A stretch of 64,000 bases of DNA, from NCBI GenBank assembly GCA_964016885.1, contig OZ024742.1, positions 107,322,001-107,386,000 on the forward strand, read 5' to 3'. The position numbers and the translations under genes were made by a program. The DNA is from Eledone cirrhosa. Its lineage: Eukaryota. This document shows, one piece after another, positions 26,101 through 38,100 of this stretch. The first letter of the stretch is position 1, and every line of letters begins with the position of its first letter. Under the pieces are notes generated by a model. It was not told the DNA's origin and did no database searches. It saw only the letters and a program-made list of their open reading frames with translations.

Positions 26101-29100
26101 GGAGGATTATTTATTTGGAATAAGCATCTAATCTTTAGCTTAATGAGAACATCTTGTATTTGTAGGGATTCAGATGGGTGAGATTTATATCATTCTGTAC
26201 ATAGACATAAGTTAGGAAGGATTTCTGGAGTTGAGGAATTGTGTTTTGTGCTGGAGGTATGAAAAATGGTGAGAAGTAGTTGCAGAGAACTTTTTAATTA
26301 GGATTGATTGTAGTTTAATCTCTGGGAATTAGCAGAAGCTTTTTTCAAAGGAAGACACAGCATGGGAGAATTTAACTGATTGACTGAAGGACCTTCTGTA
26401 TTTGAACAAAGATATTGTTGAATAATACAAGGTTCACATGACACATGTAGTAAAGGAAAATTAGGGCTTTAAATTTGGGACTCATTCATTTTTCAGAGCC
26501 AGTGTAATTCTTAGGCTTTGAATAGAAACTCCATAATATTTAATAGAGAGGGTCATCATCATCATCTATTTTCCATGTTTGCATATGCTAGATGAACTGT
26601 CACATACGGAGGCTAGACTGGTCAGGTGACACTGTCTTGTTCATATGCTCTGTTTTTTTAGTTATTTTCTATGGATGGATACCATTCCTAACACCAACCA
26701 TTTTACAGCATTTTTCTGTGAGTTTTTTTCATGGCATTAGCATTACCATCTTACATCTTTTATCATGTCACCTGTGCTACATCATTACAAGTGAATCATA
26801 CATATCTGACCATAGTCATTGAAATTGTAATTTTTAAATAAATATCTTCTATCAACACAGCAAGTTATGGAATATTTATTTGGTAGTCATCAATTTACCA
26901 TTGATAGTTCCTCTAAAATCTACTTATGTACAGGTTTGTATGTGTCTATATGTTGGTGTTTTTACTGATTATATTAAATTTTAATCCTATTGTATACAAA
27001 AAAGTATATCTATAGATTTTAGCCAACATCGTGCAATTGAAAGATGTAAGCACTTTGTCTTACATAAAATATTTTTAGGAACAAAAAATGTGGAATCAGC
27101 CAGACTAGTTTCAATGCAACATTGGGATTTTATCAGTGACTAAACAATACCTACTTTAACTATCCACAGAGACAATGCTTACATAGACTCTATTACTTAT
27201 GGCTTAAGTAAATTGGATAGATCGATTTACATATTAAGATGCATTCTTGAGAGGTAGTAAATTGGTAGAATTATTTGTATGTTGCTTTGTGGTATTCGCT
27301 TTGGCTCTCTGCACTCTGAGTTCAAAATCTGCCAAGTATCTGTTCAGTACTGGAGTTGATTCTTCCTCTATGTCTCTTCCTCACCTCCTCTCTCTTTTCT
27401 TCTATGGAAGACATTGGCTGTGTTCAGCCCTGGAGATGGGTTTTGTCAGGTTTAAAAGTGCCCAAGACATGCTGTACAACATTTCTATAACGCCATCAGG
27501 AATTACTGGCTGATACATACAATGAATTCTTGGCAGTTAGTTTGATTAAAAAATTACTAGTGCATTAACAGTATTTTTATCCAATGCTATTGTGTATACT
27601 ATACTATAAAGTATTATGTATATTTGTGTGTGTGTATGCACTAAAGTACAGTGTATATAAATATACTGTACAGTACACAATAGCATTGAAACAAAACACT
27701 GCTATTGCACCAGCTATTGCACCAGCTATTTATTAATCAAACTAGCTGCCAAAAATGTGTTATTTTTTGTAAATCATGTCTATTCAATTTATTTAAGCTC
27801 TTAGTAATAGAAGCTATAAAAACTAAAAACTATCTTTGGGGAGAGTTAAAGATTGCTCAGATGCTAATGAAATTTCAGCCCAAGATTGAAATTAGTCCAG
27901 CTAATACCTCTTTATACATTGAGGAAAGTATTCTAGATAATGACAAGATGCTTACATCTGTCTGTACATTGTAGTACACAATAGCATGGGAACAAAACAT
28001 TGTTAATACACCAGTAATTTATGTATTGAGTTTGTTGCTGTAATATATGTATTAATTTTGTTGATGTAATATAGGACCCTATTTATCAGTTATGTAGACT
28101 AATGAAAGCAGAATTTTGTGTCTTCTTCTTGGGTACAAAACAATAGATCTGATAATATTTGAATGCCAAACCATATTGTCCAAAATTCTGTTGAGGAAAT
28201 GACAGTGTATTTTGAACATTTAAAATTTTAGTGACTGAATTCTCAAGTTTCTTTATGAAATAGTATTTGTACACGTTTTGCTAAAAGGTTTTATTTTCTA
28301 TTTAGTATCATATAACATAATTGATATGTGTGTAAATAAAGATATACCTTAACATTATCAGGAAAATCTTCAGAAGGCAGCTTTTGAAGCTCTGCTTATG
28401 CAAAAAGACTCGCGTCACAGTCGTGTTTCCACCCAGATTTCTTTGATTGAGAAAGAATTGGCTCAGCTGACTGCAATTGAGATAGAAAGGAAAGAATTGC
28501 GAATGGATATGGAAAAGGTATGGAATATTATTTCTTTTTAACTTTAACAAAATATCATCATTGATTGTTTAATCATCATTGCTTTACATGTACTTTTTTC
28601 ATGCCAGTATGCATTGGACTAGACATTTGTAGGCAGCTTTTATACAGCCTGGTATCATACATTATTTTATTATACATACTGCTGACGTTTGTTGAACCAC
28701 TACACAGTGAAACACATTGTTATGGTGGGGTGGACATAAAAATGTTACTGCTTGGTTTTTAAAGAATGTCAGTATGAAGAAATTTGTAGTGACAGACCCA
28801 TATACACATGCACTTATTTATCATCATCACTCTTTAACATCTATTTCCTATGTTTGCATGGATCAGACAGTTTGTCACGTTCTGAGGCTAGACTAGTCAG
28901 GTGACCACATATATGTGTATCTGTGTGTGTGTGTATATATATATATATAGAACAGATAGAGACATTTAACGTAGAAGAGAACTGGGAGTTCCTAAAAAAT
29001 AACTTACTAGAGGCGACGGATGAGGTTTGTGGCTGGAGTAAGACCTCAAGCAGGAGGAGAGTGACTTGGTGGTGGAACAATAAGGTAGATGAAGCAGTCA

Positions 29101-32100
29101 AGGCCAAGAGACAGGCATGGAAAGAATGGAAGAACGGGGGGAGCAGAGTACATTACATAGAGACCAAGAGGGAAGCTAGGCGACAAGTATACTTAGCTAG
29201 GAGGGAAGCAGAGGATAGAAAATTCAAGCATGTTTTACAACGTGAGGACCAGAAACAGGAGGTATTCAAGATTGCGAGGCAGTGTGTCAGAGATAGTTGT
29301 GATGTCATTGGAGAGAAGTGTATCCGGAATGATAAAGGTGAGCTTGCCCTCACAAGTGCTGAGAAGAAAGATGCATGGAAGAGTCATTATGATAGATTAC
29401 TAAATGAGGAGAATGCATGGGAAGAAGAGACCCTACCCCACGTAGACCCTATAGAGGGACCAGCAGTACAAGTCAGTGGCAGCGTAGTAAGTAAGGCAAT
29501 CAGAGATATGAAGATAGGGAAGGCAACCGGTCCATCGGGTATAGCTGCCGAGATGCTGAAGGCATCTGGGTCTGTAGGTCACACTATAACCACACGTATC
29601 GTTAACCAGGTAATACTAGAGGGGGCCATACCAAAAGATTGGTGCAGTAGCATCATTGTCAACTGCTACAAAGGTAAAGGTGATGCACTAGATAGAGGAA
29701 TCTATAGAGGTATAAAGTTGATGGACCAGGTCATGAAAGTAACAGAAAGAGTTATAGCACAGCTGATTAGGGACCGGGTGAATATAGACGAGATGCAATT
29801 TGGGTTTGTACCAGGGAAAGGCACCACTGATGCCCTCTTCCTTGTGAGGCAATTACAGGAAAAGTACCTAGCTAAAAGTAAGCCACTCTACTTGGCATTT
29901 GTCGACCTTGAGAAAGCCTTTGACAGAGTTCCACGTGCAGTAATCTGGTGGGCTCTTAGAAAACTAGGAGTAGATGAATGGCTTGTGAAAGCGGTACAAG
30001 CCATGTATAGGGGAGCAGTCAGCAAAGTTAGGATTAGCAATGAGTATAGCGAGGAATTTAGCGTACAGGTTGGGGTCCACCAGGGCTCTGTTCTTAGCCC
30101 TCTCCTGTTCATCATAGTCCTGCAGGCAATAACGGAGGAGTTTAAGACCGGATGCCCATGGGAACTCCTGTATGCTGATGACCTCGCACTCATAGCTGAA
30201 TCTATGGTAGAACTAGAGAATAAATTCCAAACCTGGAAGCAGGGACTAGAGAGAAAGGGCCTCAAAGTCAACATGACAAAGACTAAGGTCCTTATAAGTA
30301 GACGAGAAAACAGAACCCAGATCCCCTCAGAGAAATGGCCTTGCTCAGTATGTAGGAAAGGTGTAGGTAGGAACTCCATTCTCTGCCCCAAATGCAAACA
30401 ATGGGTACACAAGAGATGTAGCGGGATCTCAGGAAGCTTAATTAAGAATGTAGGATTCACATGCAGCAGCTGTGCTGAAACAGCAAGCAAACAGCCACAG
30501 GAAACAAGTACCACCAATCTCTGGGAGGGGCCTGTAGAAACAGTAGACAGCTTCTGCTACCTAGGTGACCGAATTAGCAACGGAGGTGGGTGCTCAGAAA
30601 GTACAATAACTAGGGTAAGAATGGGATGGAAGAAGTTTAGGGAACTACTACCACTGCTAGCTGCAAAAGGCTTCTCCCTCAGAATGAAAGGCAGACTGTA
30701 TGATGCGTGTATCCGAACAGCGATGTTGCATGGTAGTGAGACCTGGGCGCTGAAGGTGGAAGACTTACGTAGATTAGAGAGAAACGAAGCCTGCATGCTC
30801 CGATGGATGTGTAACAGTAATATACGTGAACGACAAAGCATAAAGGAATTGAGAGAGAGACTGAGCATAAGAGGAATCAAATGCTGCGTGCAGGAGAGGC
30901 GGTTACGCTGGTATGGACAGGTGATGCGTATGAAGGATGACAGCTGCATAAAAAGGTGCAGAGCACTAGAAGTTGATGGAAACTGCGGAGTGGGGAGACC
31001 CAAGATGACTTGGGAATAGGTGATAAAAGCCGACCTTACCCAACTACACCTCTCAAAGTCAATGACACACGACCGTGACTTCTGGCGTCACGCAGTAATA
31101 CAGGGTACCCGACCTCCCATGGGTACATGCTGAAGCATATAAACAATATGCCCCCACTCCCCCCACCGCAAGGTGGTCGTGGAGGTGCCACAGCAAAAAA
31201 GCACCCAGCCCACACTGTAAAGTGGACGTGTAGGCGCCACGAAAAAGCACCCAGCACTCACTGTAAATGAGGTTGGTGTTAGGAAGGGCATCCAGCTGTA
31301 GAAATCAAGCCAGATCAGTTCCTGTATGAGCAAGGCATGGTCAGCCGACCAGACACTGCCCACAACAGGACAACCCGTCTAACCCATGCTAGCGTGGAAG
31401 AACGGACGTAAAACGGTGATGATGATGATGATGATAGCACATAGAAGCTTTTGCTGTATTTTCTGTAGTAAAAAAAAAATACAACAAACGCTTCTAATTT
31501 AATTATATATATAGAAAATATGTTTTCCATTCAGAGTTATTAGACTACTTTTCATATTCAAACAATCTTGATGCTTCTTTAAAATTCACAAACTTTCTCT
31601 CACTCAACAATTCTAAAAATAAATTACATATCTACTAATATATAATATGCTTGTGTATTTGTCCATCACAAGAGATGACTGAGAAAGTAAAGGGCAAACA
31701 GAGAAAGGAAGGGATAATAACGTTGACTGAAGAAGGAAGGAGTGATAACGTCGACTTAGGAAGGAAGGAATGATAACGTCGACTGAGAAAGGAAGGGGTG
31801 ATAACGTCGACTTAGGAAAGAAGGAGTGATAATGTCGACTTAGGAAGGAAGGAGTGATAATGTCAACTGAGGAAGGAAGGAGTGATAACGTTGACTTAGG
31901 AGGAAAGAGTGGCAGTGTCCTATATTCACTACATCTGTGTGTGTCTATATGTATAGCGAATTGGCTACACACATTGGTTGTTATGATTATCATCATCATC
32001 ATCATTCTACATCCGCTTTTCCCTGCTTGCAAGGGTGGGACGGGAACTGATTCTGGCTTGATTTCTACAGCTGGATGCCCTTCCTAACACCAACCTCATT

Positions 32101-35100
32101 TACAGCACTGTAATACAGTGAGTGCTGGGTGCTTTTTTGCTGTGGCACCTCCACGACCACTTTGCAGTGGAATGATAGGGACCCCAGTCCTATCATCTCA
32201 TTTCTACAGCTGAGTAAACTGGAGCAATGTGAAATAAAGTGTCTTGCTCAAGGAAACAACACATTACCCGGTCTGAGAATTGAACTCACAACCTTTCGAT
32301 TGCAAGACCAATGCTCTAACCACTAAGCCATGTGTGTGTGTATATGTGTTTTTGGTTAAATTATATTTATATATAATATTTGTGTAAGTGTATGTGTTTG
32401 TGTGTGTTTATTTAAAAAGATACATAGGCAATAGAATAACAAACACACACGAATCTACACATACATATAAATAAACAGACACACACATCAATGTGATGAC
32501 TGAGGAAGGAGGGGGTGAGAAACTATATAAGTCCAGTATTCTTAGATTCTTCACAGCTGTGTATGTGTATGTTTGTACCACTTGTGTGAGTGGGCATGAA
32601 GGAACCAACCAACAAACAAACATATCTTTTTTTATATTATGTATACATATTACAATTAGCCGTCATTTTTGACAGCACGGGGCCAAAGTATTCTGAAATA
32701 TCTGTAGAAATCACCTTCATGTAGATCTATAACATTGCCTTATAATCTCATTTCTCTTACAGAACATACTGGTTGATAAAAGGATAGCTCTCACTGGTAT
32801 GTTAATGCAATTGATTGCTGAGCGAGACAAACGAGAAGAACAACTGAAGATGAGACTTGTGAGTTTCTTACTCTTATTTATTTTTTGGGTGTTGTTTTGT
32901 GATTTACTTGTTGCTATGCTTAATTAGTGCTTTTTCTTGACTTTCATAAATGATTGTCATATGACTTCTCTGTACTTTGTGTGTGTGCTACTACTTAGAT
33001 AACACATCTTTAACGTTCAACACATCAGTTATTACTGTTAACACTGTCATAAAGTTGATTGTTGCTATTTGTGTTTAACTCTAGGTCTGTCCTGATCAAA
33101 TTGACCTATGATTAAAAACATTTCAATCATGAACATTGTGACTTTTTTTCCAAGGCAGCAAAGTACACCCAAGACAATAGGATGCAATTTCAAAAACAAA
33201 TGATTACTATTTCTATCAAGAAGAGCGACCACATAGTGGCTTCCTCACTGGTTTGGTTGATGGAGTTCCAGCTGTTCAAAACCCGTTATGCCATAATTTT
33301 ATTATGGCATCAGGGCTACAGAGAATTTGGCAGTATTGAGAATTTGAACATTATTTTTTTTTAAGCTAGTAATTTTTATTTTTTTGCTCTTTGAATTAAT
33401 TTTCTATCTTGTATTATTTCAGAAAGCTCTGCAAAGATTCTTGAGCTTTCTTTTTTTTTTCCTTCTTTATTTATGTTTTTCATTCATAGACGGAAATGGA
33501 AGAGCAACGTCTACAAGACCAGACAGATTATTGGTTGGTACAGTACCAACGCTTGATGGACCGCAAACCACAAGCTTTAATTGACCAAGTAAGTGTGTGT
33601 GAAGTCTAGGTGAATATTCTGTACCAAATAGTTATATTTATACATACATATCTTTGATTTCTTTTTTCACTGCAAATTTAGTCAAATCAACTGCTTCAGT
33701 CGTTGCAATATTTGTGTTTTAAATTCTGAAATAATTATCCAATTCATTATCTGTTTTAATTTATTCTAATAAATTTTTGTTGCTTTTTAACATTGACCTT
33801 TACAAGTCATGTTAGAATCTTTTGAAAATGGTTTGTTCCATTTTTCTATTTTCTAAAATTGATATTTTATTTAAATCATTAAAAACTAAAAACAAAGTCA
33901 GAATTATTATTTAAAATCTTAATTATAAACATTATCGATAGTTGTTCATATAAAAAGAATTACATTATAAAATAGTCACTTAAACATCAAAATATTTTGT
34001 TTTAAAGGAATGGCTGCTTGAAATCCCTGTGCTTAAGGTTCTAGAGCAAACAGATGCTCAGGAATATATACCATTATTTGCACGGCATCATATCACTTCT
34101 GAAATTCTTTATCATATGACAGAAGATGATCTAAAACAGGTGAGTTTTTAAAAAAAAACTTTTAATATATATTTACATAGATTTAGTCACTGCACAACAT
34201 TTCATGTAAATTATCAATGTCTATTACTGTATATACTTGAATATAAACCAAGGAATATGTTACCCAAAAAATCAAAGGTAAAATGGGGGGAGGTTTGGTT
34301 TATATACTCCGTGTTAATGAGCTGCCATGGTTTATAAATTGCGTTTGGAGTTTGTCCATTTCTCAGACATAAAATAGGGGTGGGGTTGGCTTATATTCAA
34401 GTATATACAGTAACTCTTAACATCCCGCAATGATTTAGTAGAAAATATTTTAAAATGGGTTTGTTAATTCAAATGATTATAGTATCTTTACAAGCAGACA
34501 TATTGTTGTGAACATTTGTAGTATTAAAAATGTAAGCCAGTCATAGTGTTGTTTTGTATGGATGTATTAAGTGTTAATAATGTTTTGCTAATGCAGTGCA
34601 GGATGTTAACTGGAATTGGTTTATTATTTCTTCCAACAGATGGGTGTTCATGAATTGGGTATACGGCGTGCTATCATGTTGCGTCTGCAGGATTACCAAA
34701 CAAAAAAGACACTCGACATGCCATCACCTGTAAGAGATTTTACATATTTCAACATTTATTTCTTATATAACTCTGTAAGCATGCTCATATGGCTCAAAAA
34801 TTTGCTTTATGATAATGTGATTTCAAGTTCAATTCCACTGTGTGATACCTTTGGCAACTGTCTTCTACTATGACCTTGGGCTGACCAATGCCTTTGAGTA
34901 AAATTTGGTTGATGGAACCTATATGGAAGCCCACCATATATATATAGAGAGAGATATTAAACTAACTATGGTGTCTTTAGGTACAATTGTTTTTCTGGCC
35001 ATCTGTTAGAGATTTTCATTGAAACAGATCCCAGATCTTCAGCCTATATTAACTTTGTTTTGTAATGGAATATATAGGTGTGTATATGTTTGCCTCCACA

Positions 35101-38100
35101 TGCTTTCACTTTGGTACTGCTTAAGCAGTGGTAACATTTATTTATGTCCCACATGTGAAGATGAGTACCTTACCTAAAATAATAAAAAAAGAACAAGGGT
35201 TTTTTCAGGGAGTAAATTCAACTGTAGAATCCTTTCCAATGCCAACATCAACATTTTACATCTGCTCTCCACAGGTTGGATAGGGTGTCACTGTCCAAGA
35301 CCATATGGGTCAGAGTAAATAATGATGAACGATATAGAATAGTTTGGTGAAGTTGCTCACTTTTCGTAATTTTTAGATGTTCTAATACTGAATATTTGAC
35401 TGAGTGAAGCAGAATATCTCATTTTTATTGAAAGTAGAATATTAGTCTTTATTTGAATGATTTTCCCCCACAATTTTTGTTAAATGCTGGGGATGTCTCT
35501 GCACAGATAGCTACCATATATCACTGGTCTGCTCTACAGCTTTAAACTCTGTACAACAAAGAATCCTCTATGTAGTTACTCAATCTGCTAGAAATAGCAG
35601 TCATATCTCCCTCATATCACATATATGTTTATAATAGAAGTACCTCATTCTCATATTATATCCTATCTTTATAAAGGACGTCTCTCTCTCTCTCTCATAT
35701 ATATCTTTATAAGACTTTGAACAATATAAATATAGTCTTGGACAGACAAAAAGGCAAGATGGCCATAGTTGGAATGCTTTTGATGATATATCTACTTATC
35801 CAAGGTCAATTTGGCGCTAAATGTTATCTATATATATATAAACTCAAATCAATGAGTGTGTCTTCACCTGGTAACTCAACATCTGAATGTCTTTCACAAA
35901 TAGTCAATTACTGCTGCTTGGTAGCAGTCTGTTTTCATCTCAAGGAAACAATGAAAGTTATTTTATCAATAGTAACGTGCATAACCTCTGCTCATAACTT
36001 ATGAGTTAATAAGTGATACAGTCACTTGACCTGCAAGGAATGGTAGCCAAATTTCACCATATTAGCTTAAAAAGGAAAGAAAACATTGAATAGTCATAGA
36101 TATACTATATCTAAGAAAAAGGACAAGATGGTCACAACCAGAAGGCATTTAATCATAGGTCAGCATGATGAGGGCTGATTTGGATGCTAAACAATATCTA
36201 TAAACTTACATCAGAGTGTACTAAGTGCATTTTATCATGGAAACAGAACTAGAAGTTACCATGTCTCTTGCAAGACTAAAGAACTCTCTTTAATTTATGT
36301 AATCTGTTCAAACAATGGAGAGGGTGAAAGAGTGTAATGGAAAAAAATAGTGATATAATCATTTTCTATGCTTGTATGGGTTAGATGAGATGTCACATAC
36401 TGAGGCCAGAGTGATCAGGTGACTATGTCCTGTTTGTACACTTTGTTTTTACAGCTGAAATTCCTTCCTAATGCCAACCACTACTTCACAGCATTTTCTT
36501 GTAGTGTGGACCAGGTGCTTTTTGTCATAGCACCAGCATTTATTGGGTGCTATTTGTTGTGGCACCAGCACTACCACTTTAGATAGTAGGGTGGATGCAT
36601 TTTATTGTGGCACTAGCATTACCATTTTACAATGGGCTGGGTGCATTTTATTGTGGCACCAACATTACATCAGGGTGCTCAGTATGTCCTTGGTTAAGTA
36701 TTGGTAGTAGAGTGGGGGTACAGGTTATATGCCTGAGAGAGGAAAATTGGGAATAGGCATATGGTTTTGGTACCCTTCTCATCAAAGAATATCTGAAGTA
36801 TTTTCCTCATTTTTATCTTATTCCACCTCTATTACAAGTACTTTCATATTTGGCTTAAGTAATTTTCGTTTAATAGAATACAGACAGCATCATAATATGA
36901 GCAGCTATTACAACCTCTGTAGTGATTTTTCAATAGAACTTTTCACTGGTAACATTTAACCTTTTTGATACCAATCCACTTTAACTGGTCCTGATTCTAG
37001 GGTACAAAACTGTTTGTCATCATTTTGATATTGCATGGGCTGGATGGAACTTTTTGAAGCAATGTTTTATTGTCAGATGCCCTTCTTGATACCAACCCCT
37101 TTAGTCTTTACAGCATGCAGTGATATGGTGTACTTATTCTGAAGCAGATAAACAGTCATCATCATCATTTATATTTATCTAAAAACATTCCATCATATTA
37201 TGTACAAACCTAATAATGAGATTGTTAGATATATTACTAAATCCTAAATTTTTTATTATTTTCGAAATTATTTAAAAATCATAACTAATGTCTTCATTAG
37301 AAACAAAAGGGTTAAAATATTTATTTTTATTTTCCAGTCTGTCTGCGAGGGTGAAACAGAACGACGTCAGCCCAGTGCTCCCACTATTGAGACTCCAGGA
37401 AGCGAAGAGAATTCAGCATCTAGTACCGCATCTAAACCAATTGTTACAGCCCGTGGACTCTATTCAGAATGTTCTATATGTCTTGACCGAACTGTAAGTA
37501 TCCAGTTTATATGTCATTTGGGGAAAGTATTTCATAAAATTGGTGGTGAATTGACAGTCGATAGAATGTTTTGCAGTATTTGTTCTGGCTCTCTATGTTC
37601 TAAGTTCAAAGATCACTGAGAGCAGCTTTGCCTTTCATCTTTTCATGGTCGATTCTTCCACTATCTCTTTCCTCTGGAAGAAAGTGGTCATGTTCACAAA
37701 TGGAAAGGGGATGGGCTCCAACAGGTTTAATGTACTCAAGACACAATGTCATCTCTACAGGTACATACATACATTTGGAGAAATATTTAACAAAATTGAT
37801 TTCCCAGACACACATTTGTACTAAAGGACTATTGTCAGTTGACTGGTACACTATTGGAAATTATTTTGAGCAAACGAGGGAGCCTCTACATACATTACCC
37901 ACCATCATTTTACATGGCTTTGATGGGTTGTCACATTCTGTGGCTAGACAATTTAGATGACAAATTTTTTAAATGTTTCATTTTGGTATGGTTTTTACAA
38001 CTGGATGCCTTTCCTAACACCACCCATACTGCATGCTTATCGTGGTACCAGCACCTGACTTTGTTTTATAGCATCAGAGGCAGTTTTGGTATCCATAGGT

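Noticed and set aside
28923-28948. N-terminus MCVCIYIYI of the 698-aa ORF
   Set aside because: Read-through of the flanking (TG)n(TA)n microsatellite; the element is 5'-truncated and lacks the endonuclease.
32265-32330. tRNA gene
   Set aside because: Box A and B are present but there is no full cloverleaf and it is fused to a SINE body; this is a SINE head.
37288-37497. ORF-track frames overlapping LRSAM1 exons (also 33384-33584, 39098-39382)
   Set aside because: Wrong frames; the spliced frame gives the conserved LRSAM1 sequence.
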